Shown: piece after piece, positions 61,701 to 64,000 of the stretch
Numbering within the stretch: position 1 is the stretch's first letter
How the letters are laid out: each line of letters opens with the position of its first letter
NCBI RefSeq assembly: GCF_006345805.1
Contig: NC_043018.1
Location: forward strand, 10,912,001 to 10,976,000
DNA length: 64,000 nt
From: Octopus sinensis
Lineage: Eukaryota
Direction of reading: 5' to 3'
Translations under genes and position numbers: made by a program
The notes under the pieces: generated by a model
Told to the model about the DNA's origin: nothing
What the model saw: only the letters and a program-made list of their open reading frames with translations
Databases searched by the model: none

Positions 61701-62638
61701 ACCATCCGAGTGTGGCCGTTTGCCAGCCTTGTCTGGCACCTGTGTCGATGGCACATAAAAAGCACCCACTACACTCACGGAGTGGTTGGCGTTAGGAAGG
61801 GCATCCAGCTGTAGAAACACTGCCAGATCAGACTGGAGCCTGGTGCAGCCTTCTGGCTTCCGAGACCCTGCTCGAACTGTCCAACCCATGCTAGCATGGA
61901 AAGCAGACGTTAAACGATGATGATGATGAATAAGGTATTAAAAGTGCTCCAGTACACCACAATTAACAGAGGTTTAACAGTGATTTCAGGTTATGCTTTG
62001 GGGCTGAATGCTCTTCCTGTTGCTAACCCTTATCTCTGTTTCAAGTATGGGATCTTTTAACCGTTTCTTTTTCCTTAATTTCTATGGTCTTTGAAAGTGT
62101 AGAGGGATCTATTTAACAGCTAATGTAAATATTACATCACCATTTCACTGGAACCATCCCCCCCCATCAAAATAAAACTCTGCATCTTCAGTTCCAATAT
62201 CAAGGCCATTCTTCTTCATGGCTCACCGAAGCCATAAAGAATAAGCTACGGATCTTCATCAGCAAACGTCAGCACTACATCCTCCAAGACCAAATTTCTA
62301 ACAGAAGCTTTAGGATAGAACAAACCAAACTGCCATCAATCCATTATTGATGAGGTGATGCCTACTTTTAGAATGACATTGTAGGGTAGATGTGAGAGGC
62401 CCGATCTGGCTAGTCTGAACAAGTAGAGTATTTGGGCTGGATATGGTCAGTTTAAATGCTAAAAGGTTAAGCTACACCTGAGCTATGCAAATGTGAGTTC
62501 TCATTGGTGTGTGTGTGTGTTTTGTGGTAGGGATAAAAAAACCAAAAAAAAACGGGTCCCTTACCGGTTTTGTGTTTCCTCTTTCATCTGTTGTTGATCC
62601 GATACTCGGAGGTTCCACAATGACATCATAAATGATTC
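58771..62638 (-). CDS. OSTC: Oligosaccharyltransferase complex non-catalytic subunit (DC2), 3' part; first coding exon not found in window
   Basis: Exons 62638-62565, 61434-61217 and 58789-58771 splice in frame to [55 protein letters not shown]...FMRMKLPGYLVA*. Confidence 0.95.
59092..59852. repeat. 45/66-bp VNTR inside a family C SINE in OSTC last intron
   Basis: Units GTGCCACCGGCATGAGAGCCAGTCAGGAGGTTCTGGCACT + GTTAC (45 bp) or + GGCCACRTTTAGATGGTGCTTTTTGC (66 bp). Confidence 0.92.
60893..61122 (-). mobile_element. Second, shorter copy of the same CR1 3' end, in OSTC last intron
   Basis: Near-identical to 13205-13430. Confidence 0.85.
61217..61434 (-). CDS. OSTC: OSTC internal exon ([17 protein letters not shown]...MRMKLP)
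   Basis: TTGCAG acceptor, CC|GTAAGT donor. Confidence 0.95.
61655..61930 (+). mobile_element. SINE family C (GGAAGGGCATCC V-domain-like, (GAT)n tail), representative copy
   Basis: GGAGTGGTTGGCGTTAGGAAGGGCATCCAGC...CGTTAAACGATGATG. Others at about 42780-42985, 46650-46950, 48548-48800(-), 49770-49925, 52280-52720(-), 56795-57030, 58880-59860(-), 63318-63685(-). Confidence 0.8.
62565..62638 (-). CDS. OSTC: OSTC internal exon ([25 protein letters not shown])
   Basis: TTTTCAG acceptor, CCG|GTAAGG donor. Confidence 0.93.
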
Positions 62639-62999
62639 CTGAAAATAACAAGGAAAACAAAAAAAAATTAACAATAACTGTTACACAGAGGCTTCTTTCA
62701 GTTTCCACCTACCAAATCCATTCACAAGGCAAGAAATTTAGGGCAGTGGTTATTTGGTTACAATGGCATTTGGAAGGGCAAGCATTTGGCTGTAGAAACC
62801 CTGCCAAAATTGAGACATCGGAGCAAGACGTGGTCATCTAATTTATTCAATCTTGTTGACCTATGTTTTGCAATTTTAGCAAAACATATTAAGCAACACT
62901 AATAATAAATTAAAAAAACACAAAAATAAACAAGCTTTTGAAAGTTTTATAGATATTTCAAAATTATGATGCTAGGTGTTTCCATTATTTTGTCCAACC

Positions 63000-63037
<38 letters not shown>

Positions 63038-63126
63038 AAGTTAATCCAAACATGAAAGCACAAAAAAACACAACGCGAGGACGTGGAACAAATATAGTGT
63101 TATTGGATGCTCAGGAAAGAAAGAGG

Positions 63127-63161
63127 GTTTAACGTTTCGAGCGGAGCTCTTCATCGGAAAC
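63127..63161 (-). ncRNA. Hammerhead motif, U4C variant, sense to OSTC (intron upstream of exon 62638)
   Basis: GTTT-CCGATGA-A-GAGC/TCC/GCTC-GAAAC-GTT-AAAC. Confidence 0.55.
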
Positions 63162-64000
63162 ATAGGAATATATATATATATATAACCCATGGCAACATGG
63201 GAAGTGGATGTTATCATGATTGACTCTAGTACTTGACTGGTACTCAGCTATTAAAGGTGATCTTGGCAGGATTTGAACTCAGAATGAAAAGAGCCACCAC
63301 AGAGTGTCTTATTCGACATCATCATCATCATCATTTAACGTCCGCTTTCCATGCTAGCATGGGTTGGACGGTTCAACTGGGGTCTGGGGAGCCCGAAAGC
63401 TGCACCAGTCCAGTCAGATCTGGCAGTGTTTCTACAGCTGGATGCCCTTCCTAACGCCAACCACTCCGAGAGTGTAGTGGGTGATTTTATGTGCCACCGA
63501 CACAGGTGCCAGACGAGGCTGGCAAACGGCCACGCTCGGATGGTGTTTTTTATGTGCCACCGACACAGGTGCCAGACGAGGCTGGCAAACGGCCACGCTC
63601 GGATGGTGTTTTTTATGTGCCACCGACACAGGTGCCAGACGAGGCTGGCAGACGGCCACGCTCGGATGGTGCTTGTTACGTGCCTCACTAACAATTTAGC
63701 CAAATAATAATAATTATAAGTTTGCATGCAAAATTTAGAACGACATTGCAAGGTAGGTATGAGATGCTAGATATGGCTAGTTTGAACATGAAACTAGTAG
63801 AGTATGTGGGGGTGGATATGGCCCTAATAGGGCTAAAGACAATATATCTCACCAAGGATTTGAACACAGAACATAGAGGAAACTAAAATGCAGGAAGTTC
63901 TTTTCCTTTTTTATTTTTACTGCTGCAGTGCAACTAGTTTCTCGCAATCTAAGAATACTGCAAAGTGAGAACTCATTCCTGTGAAATGGTAGAACCTGCT

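Noticed and set aside
62639-62708. ORF-track start METER... resembling the OSTC N-terminus
   Set aside because: This is intron sequence upstream of a clear TTTTCAG acceptor, and it lacks the conserved PFxxLExPNLKLK region of exon 1.

Overview
This is eukaryotic, AT-rich, microsatellite-dense DNA whose SINE and LINE content is typical of an octopus (coleoid) genome; the species assignment is inference. Two protein-coding genes converge tail-to-tail at the right end. ZZZ3 (ATAC complex subunit with SANT/Myb and ZZ domains) is on the + strand, with 8 coding exons from 40101 to 58281 and a predicted 441 aa. OSTC/DC2 is on the - strand, with its last 3 coding exons at 58771-62638 and exon 1 not found in the window. 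No host gene was recognised in the left 39 kb. That region holds three SINE families, LINE remnants (RTE, Tx1/L1, CR1, CRE-like, R4-like), an internally deleted Gypsy element, Helitron-like elements, and Merlin-, piggyBac- and mariner-like MITEs. The most notable unannotated signal is about ten minimal type I hammerhead-ribozyme motifs from at least five sequence families. They have palindromic (dimer-type) stem III, and three lie sense within ZZZ3/OSTC introns. Other signals are foldback MITEs with TTAGGG repeats in the loop, a minisatellite whose minus strand carries 25 perfect miR-8/200 sites, a palindromic double splice-donor element at the putative ZZZ3 promoter, and a ZZZ3 ZZ finger that has lost H3-reading residues. 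All structure calls were made by eye, and no database search was run.
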